Shown here: positions 38,299-46,447 of the stretch, piece by piece
Position numbering within the stretch: position 1 is the first letter of the stretch
Layout of the letters: the number at the start of each line of letters is the position of its first letter
Translations under genes and position numbers: made by a program
From: a virus
IMG/VR virus record: IMGVR_UViG_3300035698_012959
Coordinates: 3,404 to 67,403 of that record
Strand: one strand, 5' to 3'
Length of the DNA stretch: 64,000 bases
Notes under the pieces: model-generated
The model's database searches: none
What the model saw: only the letters and a program-made list of their open reading frames with translations
Told to the model about the DNA's origin: nothing

Positions 38299-39422
38299 AT
38301 AAAGACATACATAAGCATGTAAGATTATTACTAATTAAAGAACCACTGTATGGATTATTTCTAATATCATTAATAAAGAAAACCTCACCAATCATTGACA
38401 CCGCTTGTGTTGCCATAAATGGATTGAATACTGAATTAATAATAAATAATGATTATTGGGAAAGTTTAGATAATAAATCTAAATTAGGACTACTAAAACA
38501 TGAATTGTTACATATTGTATTTTTTCATTTATTGAATATGGATCAGTATAATGATAAAACATTATATAATGTAGCTTGTGATTTGGAAGTAAACCAATAT
38601 ATATCTGATGACTATAAAGGTGATAAATGGGAGGGTATAGAAATAGATGAGGGTTTGTTTAAAGCTATGAATCTGAAATTAAAAGCCGGAGCAAGGTATT
38701 ACTATGATAAATTATCTGAACAATGTGATAAAGATAGTAATTTCAAACGATTCATTAATGGTTTAAGACCTGGTCATTCATTGTGGGTAAATACCAAAGA
38801 ATTAACAAATAAAGAACTTATAAAAAGGCAAATTAAAGGTAAATTAATAGAGTGTAGTAAAGGAATAGCCACTACACCACTAGAACTTACAGAGTTAGTG
38901 AAGGAAGAATACACACCTACAGTAGTGGATTGGAAAAGTATACTAAGGTTATTTGGTTCTTCGTCTCATATTACTTACACTAAAAAAACAAGATATAAGA
39001 GTAGTAATAGATTTAAAGATTCACCTGGATTGAGAGTGATGAAAGAGAAAAAAGTATTAGTAGCAATTGATACCTCAGGTTCTATATCTAATAATGATTT
39101 TAAAGATTTCTTTAATGAATTAATTCATATTGATAAGCTGGGTGTTAAAATAACAATATTAGAGGCTGATGTAGTTATACATAATGAGTATAAATTTAGA
39201 AAAGATAAAATGCCTGAGTTTAAAGGTAGAGGTGGCACCAATTTTGATGATGTTATGAATTATTGTAATAAAAATTCAAACCAATATACCAATCTAATAT
39301 ATTTTACTGATGGAGTAGCTCCACCCCCCACAGTAAACATAAGACAACATATATTATGGGCTCATACGAATAATCAATCATTAAATGAAGATTTACCTGG
39401 AATGAAAATTAATATTAAATGA
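38295..39422 (+). CDS. Metallopeptidase-like + VWA protein (DUF2201-like)
   Basis: LLKHELLH, NVACDLEVNQ, AIDTSGSI, GRGGTNF, YFTDG. Confidence 0.9.
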   Translation: MNKDIHKHVRLLLIKEPLYGLFLISLIKKTSPIIDTACVAINGLNTELIINNDYWESLDNKSKLGLLKHELLHIVFFHLLNMDQYNDKTLYNVACDLEVNQYISDDYKGDKWEGIEIDEGLFKAMNLKLKAGARYYYDKLSEQCDKDSNFKRFINGLRPGHSLWVNTKELTNKELIKRQIKGKLIECSKGIATTPLELTELVKEEYTPTVVDWKSILRLFGSSSHITYTKKTRYKSSNRFKDSPGLRVMKEKKVLVAIDTSGSISNNDFKDFFNELIHIDKLGVKITILEADVVIHNEYKFRKDKMPEFKGRGGTNFDDVMNYCNKNSNQYTNLIYFTDGVAPPPTVNIRQHILWAHTNNQSLNEDLPGMKINIK

Positions 39423-39447
39423 AAATTAATATTAAATAAATTATTAT

Positions 39448-39456
39448 ATATTTATA
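39448..39456 (+). promoter_or_regulatory. Putative late promoter ATATTTATA
   Basis: Intergenic, before ORF 39484. Confidence 0.55.
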
Positions 39457-39483
39457 ATAAAAACAATACATAAATATAAAATA

Positions 39484-39927
39484 ATGAATTATAATTTAAA
39501 TGAAATGGCTCAGATTAGTGGTGAGTTAAAAGGAGCTATAGAAAGAGTAATAGAAGAAAATCCAGAAGAAAATGGATTAGTACTTAAAAAAATCATTAGA
39601 AAAGACAGTGGAGTACAATCTGCACTTGATGGTGATCAACTATATGATAATCAATTGAATAAATTCATAGCACTTCAGAAAGGTGAGCGTACACTATCTC
39701 AAAGAGGAAGAAAACCTGGTGAAGTGACATCTCAACTATCAATTATTAAATCCATTTTATCTAAATCATCTGAGGGGATAAGTGATTTCAGTGATGATGA
39801 AATAAAAATGGTTGATAAATTACATTCATTAGTTAATGGAGGTGAAAGTGTTGAAGAAAATGATTATAGCATTAACAGACTTCAAGAGTTAGCTGGGATC
39901 GAATCTAAAAAAAAACTTTGGAAGTAA
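39484..39927 (+). CDS. Hypothetical, putative internal head protein
   Basis: MNYNLNE|MA start, QRGRKP (AT-hook-like), C-terminal RLQELAGI. Confidence 0.7.
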   Translation: MNYNLNEMAQISGELKGAIERVIEENPEENGLVLKKIIRKDSGVQSALDGDQLYDNQLNKFIALQKGERTLSQRGRKPGEVTSQLSIIKSILSKSSEGISDFSDDEIKMVDKLHSLVNGGESVEENDYSINRLQELAGIESKKKLWK

Positions 39928-39934
39928 TAGATTA

Positions 39935-40153
39935 GTGGAGTTTGGGGGTATAAGTTCTAATAGTCCAATTGATAATTTATCCCATAAATCAAAAATATAT
40001 TTAGAAAATGAAACTGAAGGTTTCATAAATTCAATATTATTTGATTCTGATATGCTCCATAATGATAATGATATAGATTCACCTACACTAGAAGCTACGT
40101 CTTTATTGTATGTAGTGGAAGTGTTGACTAAAAGAATAACTCAATACAAATAA
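39935..40153 (+). CDS. Hypothetical; possibly frameshifted continuation of ORF 39484
   Basis: GTG start only; joins 39484 if the A9 run at 39907-39915 is A8. Confidence 0.5.
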   Translation: MEFGGISSNSPIDNLSHKSKIYLENETEGFINSILFDSDMLHNDNDIDSPTLEATSLLYVVEVLTKRITQYK

Positions 40154-40158
40154 AAAAC

Positions 40159-40755
40159 ATGAAATTAACAAAAATAATCAAAACTGTTCTCCAAGAGTAT
40201 AACCCACAACGAGAAAAAGAACGTGAATCTCCATCCCCCGAGGTACATCCTGATACAAAACCACTAGAACGTCCAACCAGAAGACGTACACTAACCCCTC
40301 CTACAGAAGCTCCACGCACTAAACCTAAAGCAGAAAATTTTGAAGACAAAATTTCTAGCAGATATTCTGACATGAAAGATAAAAGCAGAATGCAAGAATT
40401 AGCAGGTATGCCACGGGATGAAAGGGGTCAATTTGATGATGAGGAATACCGAGATGAAGAAGCAGATGAACGTAAATACTGGGGTGTCGGTGATGATGAT
40501 ATAATGGAAAATGAAGAATTCGAAGATAACTACTCACATCTAAGTGATACTGATATTATAGAGTGGGCTAATGATAATGATCTGGATTATGACTTAGATT
40601 TCGATGGTAATTTAATAGACAGGCAAGGAATATTAGATACTATATTAGGATTGACGGGGGAGTATGACGATGATGAATATGGTGATTATGAAGAAGACCC
40701 ATTTATGGATGATTTTGACCCGGCAGGAGGCAGAGGTTTGAGCTCTTACATCTAA
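40159..40755 (+). CDS. Acidic low-complexity putative internal head protein
   Basis: MKLTKIIKTVLQE leader, Pro/Arg block, RMQELAGM, Asp/Glu-rich tail. Confidence 0.7.
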   Translation: MKLTKIIKTVLQEYNPQREKERESPSPEVHPDTKPLERPTRRRTLTPPTEAPRTKPKAENFEDKISSRYSDMKDKSRMQELAGMPRDERGQFDDEEYRDEEADERKYWGVGDDDIMENEEFEDNYSHLSDTDIIEWANDNDLDYDLDFDGNLIDRQGILDTILGLTGEYDDDEYGDYEEDPFMDDFDPAGGRGLSSYI

Positions 40756-40797
40756 AAAATGATTAAATTATGAAAATATTAAAACAAAAATAAACTA

Positions 40798-42219
40798 ATG
40801 AAATATAAAGATATATTTTCAGATCAAACACTAGCCAAATTAAATAGACAATCAGCCGATAATTTAAAAAAAGTACTCAAAGGTAAAACGTTAATGCAGT
40901 CAATGCATGGTGCTCACGGGGTGTTACAACAAATAATACAAATTGAGAGGCCCCACTTAGAAGAACTAGAAATATTAGCCCAAAATATTTTAAGGGGAAT
41001 ATATCCTATCATTGAGGATAATGATATAACACTAGATGTTCAAATTACCGACGATGTTTCTATAAACGAAATAAAATTAAATAAACGTGTAGATTTTACG
41101 GTAGAATATTGGTATAGATATAGAGGAGAAAAAGAAACTGATACTATCACAGTAAAAGCGACAGATGAAAAAGACGCTATCAAAATAGCTAAAAAACAAG
41201 CTCCCAAAAACTCAATCCCTAGTAGTTTTTCAATTTCAAAATCATTAAATGAATCTAATGATGAAACAACAAGAAGAGTAATAAACGGCATAACACAAGG
41301 AGCGGCATTAAGGAACACGTTTGCATTCTATATGTTTAAGGAACATTTAGATAAAATAGACCCAACATTAGTAGATAAATATAAAGCATTAATGGATGAT
41401 GTATTTGGTATTTATGATGATGATAATGCTATTGCAATGTTTTTAGCAGCTATATCAACAGGTCAAGAAACAGGAGGGGGGTATAGTAAAGTTACTATAA
41501 ATGAAATAAAATTACGTGAACCTGGTAATATAATCGAAAAGTTAAAATACCATTATGGTAAATTTAATGCTATTTTTAGTAAAAATATAAGGAAATTATA
41601 CCAGCTCGAAGATGATTTTATGACTATAGTTGCCCAACACGTTCCTTCATATTCTGAATATGGACTATCGTGGGACGCCGATGGGTATGGAGATGGGATA
41701 TTTGAGGAAGATAACTTTATAAGGGAATTAGAGGTATTATATGTAGAGTTAGAAGCTGAATATAATAAAATTAATAATTTAGATGATTTGAATGAAGATG
41801 ACTCATCATCTGGGGGTGTTACTATAACAGCAAGAGGAGTTTGTTTTCCTATATTATTACATGAAATGATTAAGGGATTATACGAATTAATATCATTACA
41901 TGGTTTTAAAGGTGACAAAGAACAAAATCAACAAGTTGTTGATAAAGTAGATAAGTTAGAAAATGAGCCTGAAGATTTAAGGTACGGAAAGTACATATAC
42001 GATGCTATAAACACATTATATATAAATAGTGATTATGATGATCCAAGAATGAGAGAATATTTCCTTCAAGAGATATATGGGTTAGATAATGATGTGTTTT
42101 TTGAGTTTGTGGATAATTTAATTAATGAGATATTAGATAGTAAACAAAAGGAATGGATCGCTAGGACTTTTAAAGAAATTTTCTTAGATTTACGAAATGA
42201 TAATATTGACAATTTATAA
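40798..42219 (+). CDS. Putative head protein carrying two xNE-flanked inserted cassettes
   Basis: Core RRVINGITQGAA ... FPILLHEMIKG; inserts 41071-41253 and 41506-41796. Confidence 0.7.
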   Translation: MKYKDIFSDQTLAKLNRQSADNLKKVLKGKTLMQSMHGAHGVLQQIIQIERPHLEELEILAQNILRGIYPIIEDNDITLDVQITDDVSINEIKLNKRVDFTVEYWYRYRGEKETDTITVKATDEKDAIKIAKKQAPKNSIPSSFSISKSLNESNDETTRRVINGITQGAALRNTFAFYMFKEHLDKIDPTLVDKYKALMDDVFGIYDDDNAIAMFLAAISTGQETGGGYSKVTINEIKLREPGNIIEKLKYHYGKFNAIFSKNIRKLYQLEDDFMTIVAQHVPSYSEYGLSWDADGYGDGIFEEDNFIRELEVLYVELEAEYNKINNLDDLNEDDSSSGGVTITARGVCFPILLHEMIKGLYELISLHGFKGDKEQNQQVVDKVDKLENEPEDLRYGKYIYDAINTLYINSDYDDPRMREYFLQEIYGLDNDVFFEFVDNLINEILDSKQKEWIARTFKEIFLDLRNDNIDNL

Positions 42220-44199
42220 ATGAAAAAATATCTTTTACTAGAATACACAGACAAAACTGTAAATGCTATATTAAAACAATGGAAAGAAGATACCCCCAAT
42301 CTTAATACAGAATCTGCCTTAAGTTTAATACAAAATTTTGAAAGAATCAAAAGTGGTCTTAAAGACCATTTAGAAACATATAGTTTTCCTGATAAACCTG
42401 GTTTCTTGGATACAAACAGGCAACCATTTACTGATATATTCAAATATACAGCTTCTGAAGTAGCTACTCTTATAAGATCTATACCTGAAAGTAAGAAGAA
42501 AATAATAAAAGCAGCAGCAAAAAGATTTAAGCAAAAATTTCATACTGAACATGGCGCCGCTATATCTTATATAAGTCGATTTCTTGCTAATAAAGCTAAA
42601 ATCGAAATGGGGTTTGAGAAAGGTTTAGAAAGGGATGGTTTTAGTAAAGAAGCATTTTTGGAATACATACCTAATAATTTATATAGGAATGGTATGTATT
42701 TAGATCCTAGATATTGGGATTGGAATGATTTTGAAACATTACTTGATGCTGTTTTTCCTGAAGTTGAAGAGGAGGAAGAAGGAGCTGCTGAAGATGGAGA
42801 AAATCTAGCTATGTTGAATGGTGATTTGATATATGATAAAAATAATTTAGAAATATATAGTGTTAGTGATGTTGAAAAATGCATTAAGTACAAACCAGTA
42901 GTTTCAGGTGATAATCCTATTAATTGGTGTATATCAGCTAAAGGTAACACTCAATATGATTATAGAAGACTAAATGATGAAGCTCCAACATTCTTTATGG
43001 TAGCTGATAGAGATCAGGATTCTAGTCTAGGTAAAGATAGATTTGAGAATCCGTTTCACGCTTGGGTATTACAAGTAACTAATAAGGAAACATATTTAAT
43101 AACAAATGCTGATAATCGTAGAGATTTACGAGTAGATAGTTGGGAGGAAATAAATACAGTAGTAGATCCAAGAACATGGAATAAAATAAAAGGTTTAAAA
43201 GATGTATTTAAACACAAGCCTTTGGATGATATTGAATTATTCAGGAAAATGTATGCAAATAAACCATTAACTTTAGGTGATTTTAAAGCACTAGATATAG
43301 ATAATAAAAAGTTATATATACTCGCTAAAGGAGGGAAAAATGAAATCCCCGAACCAATATTAAGAATACTTCCTTTAATAAAAGTCAAGGAAGATGGAAG
43401 ATCTACAAATGCTGCTGAATTAGCTATGAAAACTGGACAAATGTTTACATGGGAATTATTACAAGATTCCCCAAAACTAGCTGAAAGGTATACTGTTATT
43501 AGATTTAGACATGGTACAGGTAATGGAAAGTTAGTTCCATTAAAATTCGTTCAATACCTTGATGATAGTGGTAAAACAGAATATATTAAACTATTTGAAG
43601 ATTATATAAGTTGTAAATATATTGAGGAGTATTTCGGGGAAAAACATTTATTAGAATACATCAACAATAAAGCCAAGAATTTAGAATTTGTTGAGAGTGG
43701 TTATACCCATCTTATAAAAAACCCAAAACTAAGACAAATACAGGAAGCAGTTTCTGAGTTATCTAGAAATTGGTATACATCTAAATCTTTTGATATGTCA
43801 CGTGAAAAATTAGAACAATTAACATTACCACCAGAACTAGTGTGGTTTGATGAAAAGTACCTTTATGATGACTTTATGAAGTTAGATAGTAAAACTATCA
43901 ATGATATAATATCTGTATCTGAATTTACAGCTAGAGATATCAAAAAATATAATGAATTTAATTACATGGTTCCCTTACTAATTAAAGATGGTAAAGGTAG
44001 CTACAATTTCTTATTGCCAAAACCATCTAAAAGTTATTATCATGATGATTGGATATTAGTAGATAAAAATAAAAAAACAGTACAAGATAATATAAATGGT
44101 AATACATCAACATTTAATAATACCCAATTATCTTCTGGTTATAAACCAGGTGAGGTAAGGATTTTAGAACCTAAAAATTTAAAGTTAGTAGAAAAATAA
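42220..44199 (+). CDS. Large hypothetical protein with WCIS motif, putative head/ejection protein
   Basis: MKKYLLLE leader; NWCISAKG..YDY.R (PcfJ-like pattern). Confidence 0.65.
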   Translation: MKKYLLLEYTDKTVNAILKQWKEDTPNLNTESALSLIQNFERIKSGLKDHLETYSFPDKPGFLDTNRQPFTDIFKYTASEVATLIRSIPESKKKIIKAAAKRFKQKFHTEHGAAISYISRFLANKAKIEMGFEKGLERDGFSKEAFLEYIPNNLYRNGMYLDPRYWDWNDFETLLDAVFPEVEEEEEGAAEDGENLAMLNGDLIYDKNNLEIYSVSDVEKCIKYKPVVSGDNPINWCISAKGNTQYDYRRLNDEAPTFFMVADRDQDSSLGKDRFENPFHAWVLQVTNKETYLITNADNRRDLRVDSWEEINTVVDPRTWNKIKGLKDVFKHKPLDDIELFRKMYANKPLTLGDFKALDIDNKKLYILAKGGKNEIPEPILRILPLIKVKEDGRSTNAAELAMKTGQMFTWELLQDSPKLAERYTVIRFRHGTGNGKLVPLKFVQYLDDSGKTEYIKLFEDYISCKYIEEYFGEKHLLEYINNKAKNLEFVESGYTHLIKNPKLRQIQEAVSELSRNWYTSKSFDMSREKLEQLTLPPELVWFDEKYLYDDFMKLDSKTINDIISVSEFTARDIKKYNEFNYMVPLLIKDGKGSYNFLLPKPSKSYYHDDWILVDKNKKTVQDNINGNTSTFNNTQLSSGYKPGEVRILEPKNLKLVEK

Positions 44200-44203
44200 A
44201 AAG

Positions 44204-44219
44204 TTTCTTATTATATTAA
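44204..44219 (+). promoter_or_regulatory. Putative promoter motif TTTC-N4-TATATTAA
   Basis: Ends 4 nt before ATG 44224. Confidence 0.45.
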
Positions 44220-44223
44220 TGTT

Positions 44224-44514
44224 ATGAAAGTCCATAAGAAAGTAGAAAAAAGAGGTAGACCGAAGATCATAGATAATGAAATTAAACCTGACATATTCGA
44301 AAGAGTATATGAAGATTTCGAAGTTCGATCTGTTTGGAAGTATAACCTAAACATATCTAGAAATGGACCTATATCTACTGAACACTTCCATAAAGTAGAA
44401 GGACCCGTTGTTATAGAAGATGATTATTTACCTAAGACACAAAGAAAATACATTAATCCCCAAAATGGGAAAGAAGTTGGATATACTAGAGCTAAGAATC
44501 TAGGTATAATATGA
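44224..44514 (+). CDS. Hypothetical basic protein
   Basis: KRGRPK AT-hook-like motif; YINPQNGKEVGYTRA. Confidence 0.7.
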   Translation: MKVHKKVEKRGRPKIIDNEIKPDIFERVYEDFEVRSVWKYNLNISRNGPISTEHFHKVEGPVVIEDDYLPKTQRKYINPQNGKEVGYTRAKNLGII

Positions 44515-44882
44515 GTAAATTTTGGGATGTTGATTATATAAACCAAAAGAGAAGAAAAAAAGAATCAGCCAAATATGTAAAATTACCATTAAAGAGAAAA
44601 AAAGTAAAGAAAAAATTCACACATGGTCAAGAATTATTTGAGAATTCGAAGGAAAATGTGATGATAAGTGCCCAAAATAAAATATTTAATAGAGGTATAT
44701 ATCATGTGGATGACGAAAATACAATACCTATAAGTAAACAATATGTAAGTATAGTATTAAGTAAAAACAGTCAACAGATGAAAAAAGAATATAATATATT
44801 ATTAGAAATGTTGTCACTTTTACCATTCCCCCCAATTCAATTTTATGAAAAATGGTTTGAAAATAACAAAATAACAAAATAA
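44511..44882 (+). CDS. Hypothetical protein
   Basis: 123 aa Lys-rich ORF, ATGA overlap. Confidence 0.55.
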   Translation: MSKFWDVDYINQKRRKKESAKYVKLPLKRKKVKKKFTHGQELFENSKENVMISAQNKIFNRGIYHVDDENTIPISKQYVSIVLSKNSQQMKKEYNILLEMLSLLPFPPIQFYEKWFENNKITK

Positions 44883-44892
44883 CAAACAATAT

Positions 44893-45414
44893 ATGAGAAT
44901 AGGAATAACAGGAACTATGAGTGTTGGTAAAACAACATTAGTAAAAGCATTATCAAAACTCCCACAATTTAAAGATTATCACATAGCTACTGAACGTTCA
45001 GAATACTTAAGAGACTTAGGTATTCCTCTTAACACAAATTCAACTGTATTAGGCCAGTTAATTTTTACAGCAGAAAGAGCTACTGAATTAATCCATGATA
45101 ATATTATTACAGATAGAACTATTTGGGATGTGTGTGCTTTTACTTCATCTTCTAACAACATCAACAGTACCGATAAATCAATATTAACAAATAATATATC
45201 CTTACTTAGAGATAAATATGACTATGTATTTTATATAAATCCTGATGGTATCGATTTAGAATATAATGGGGTAAGAGAAACCGATATTAATTTTAGAAAG
45301 GAGGTAGATTACTTAATATGTGGTTTATTGGCGTTAAATAAACCCAAAAATATTTTGACCATAAGCGGCACAACAGAAGAACGAATATCACAAATACTAT
45401 CTTACATAAAATAA
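44893..45414 (+). CDS. NadR-type/AAA_28 nucleoside or nucleotide kinase
   Basis: IGITGTMSVGKTTL, ITDRT, YDYVFY, GVRE. Confidence 0.85.
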   Translation: MRIGITGTMSVGKTTLVKALSKLPQFKDYHIATERSEYLRDLGIPLNTNSTVLGQLIFTAERATELIHDNIITDRTIWDVCAFTSSSNNINSTDKSILTNNISLLRDKYDYVFYINPDGIDLEYNGVRETDINFRKEVDYLICGLLALNKPKNILTISGTTEERISQILSYIK

Positions 45415-45418
45415 CCCA

Positions 45419-45427
45419 ATATTTATA
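45419..45427 (+). promoter_or_regulatory. Putative late promoter ATATTTATA
   Basis: 3 nt before ATG 45431. Confidence 0.5.
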
Positions 45428-45430
45428 CAC

Positions 45431-46393
45431 ATGAATGTACAACAAATAATAAAAGAAGAAGTAGTAAAAGTTCTTAAAGAACAAACTGCTATAGTCAATA
45501 ACCATATAGTATCATACGAAGATGATGATGAATTAGAAATTATAAAAAAAGATGATGCTGTAAAAAGTATAAAAAAAGTAGACGGTACAGTAATAAAAGA
45601 AATGGCTGGTAAACCATCCATACATTATTCACTAAAACCCAACCATGAAGAAAAACTAAAAAAATATATAGTAAGAACTAAAAAGGATTCAATAATAACT
45701 ATAGTTACTAAATTAACTGAATTACTAAAAATAAAGCCTAATCAAACTGTAATGGATTTATTTACTCAGATTAGAGAAATATATAAAGGTCAGGTAGACA
45801 TATTAGCTAAGGTTAAGAATCACCAAAATATTAAATATTATTTATGGGGGGGGTTAACATCAGATAAATTTAATGCTAGATACTTAGATGTAAAAGATCC
45901 GGTAACTGGTATCAATTATACTAAAGGTAATTTGAACGCGATAGATTGGACTCCATTTTCAAGAACTAAAGATGCTAAAGAATTAGATGATTTCGAAAAA
46001 TCAAAAATACTAAAAATAAGTAATCCCGAAGAATTTGAAAAAATAGCTCAAAACCGTAAGAAAAATGCTAATCCGATCACAGATGCTGTGATAGAATACA
46101 AAATACTTAGAGGTAAATATTTCAAACATAAAAATGGTAAGGATGCCTCTTCACAAAACCACTTTCCAGTCATCCAAGGTAAAATGAATGATTTATTAAA
46201 TATAGATGTTGCCGTCGCTATATTATATCAATGGGATAAAGAATATATTACATTACCATTAGATAATCCATTAAAAATATTTGGTGAAAGGAATGGTCTT
46301 ACTGATGGTATGAAATCCCCACAACTTACATCCAAATACAAAACTACTCTCAATCAATTAATTAAAGATAAAAAAGTAGTATCTTTAGGTTAA
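45431..46393 (+). CDS. Hypothetical protein, putative internal head protein
   Basis: MNVQQIIKEEVVKVLKE leader and internal VIKE|MA. Confidence 0.65.
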   Translation: MNVQQIIKEEVVKVLKEQTAIVNNHIVSYEDDDELEIIKKDDAVKSIKKVDGTVIKEMAGKPSIHYSLKPNHEEKLKKYIVRTKKDSIITIVTKLTELLKIKPNQTVMDLFTQIREIYKGQVDILAKVKNHQNIKYYLWGGLTSDKFNARYLDVKDPVTGINYTKGNLNAIDWTPFSRTKDAKELDDFEKSKILKISNPEEFEKIAQNRKKNANPITDAVIEYKILRGKYFKHKNGKDASSQNHFPVIQGKMNDLLNIDVAVAILYQWDKEYITLPLDNPLKIFGERNGLTDGMKSPQLTSKYKTTLNQLIKDKKVVSLG

Positions 46394-46422
46394 TCCCCCC
46401 CTACATTACTCATAGGTCTAAT

Positions 46423-46431
46423 ATATTTATA
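46423..46431 (+). promoter_or_regulatory. Putative late promoter ATATTTATA
   Basis: Before terminase gene. Confidence 0.55.
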
Positions 46432-46447
46432 TACAAATATATGGCTT

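Noticed and set aside
39402-39435. 17-bp tandem duplication ATGAAAATTAATATTAA at end of VWA gene
   Set aside because: Local slippage duplication in AT-rich DNA with no evident function
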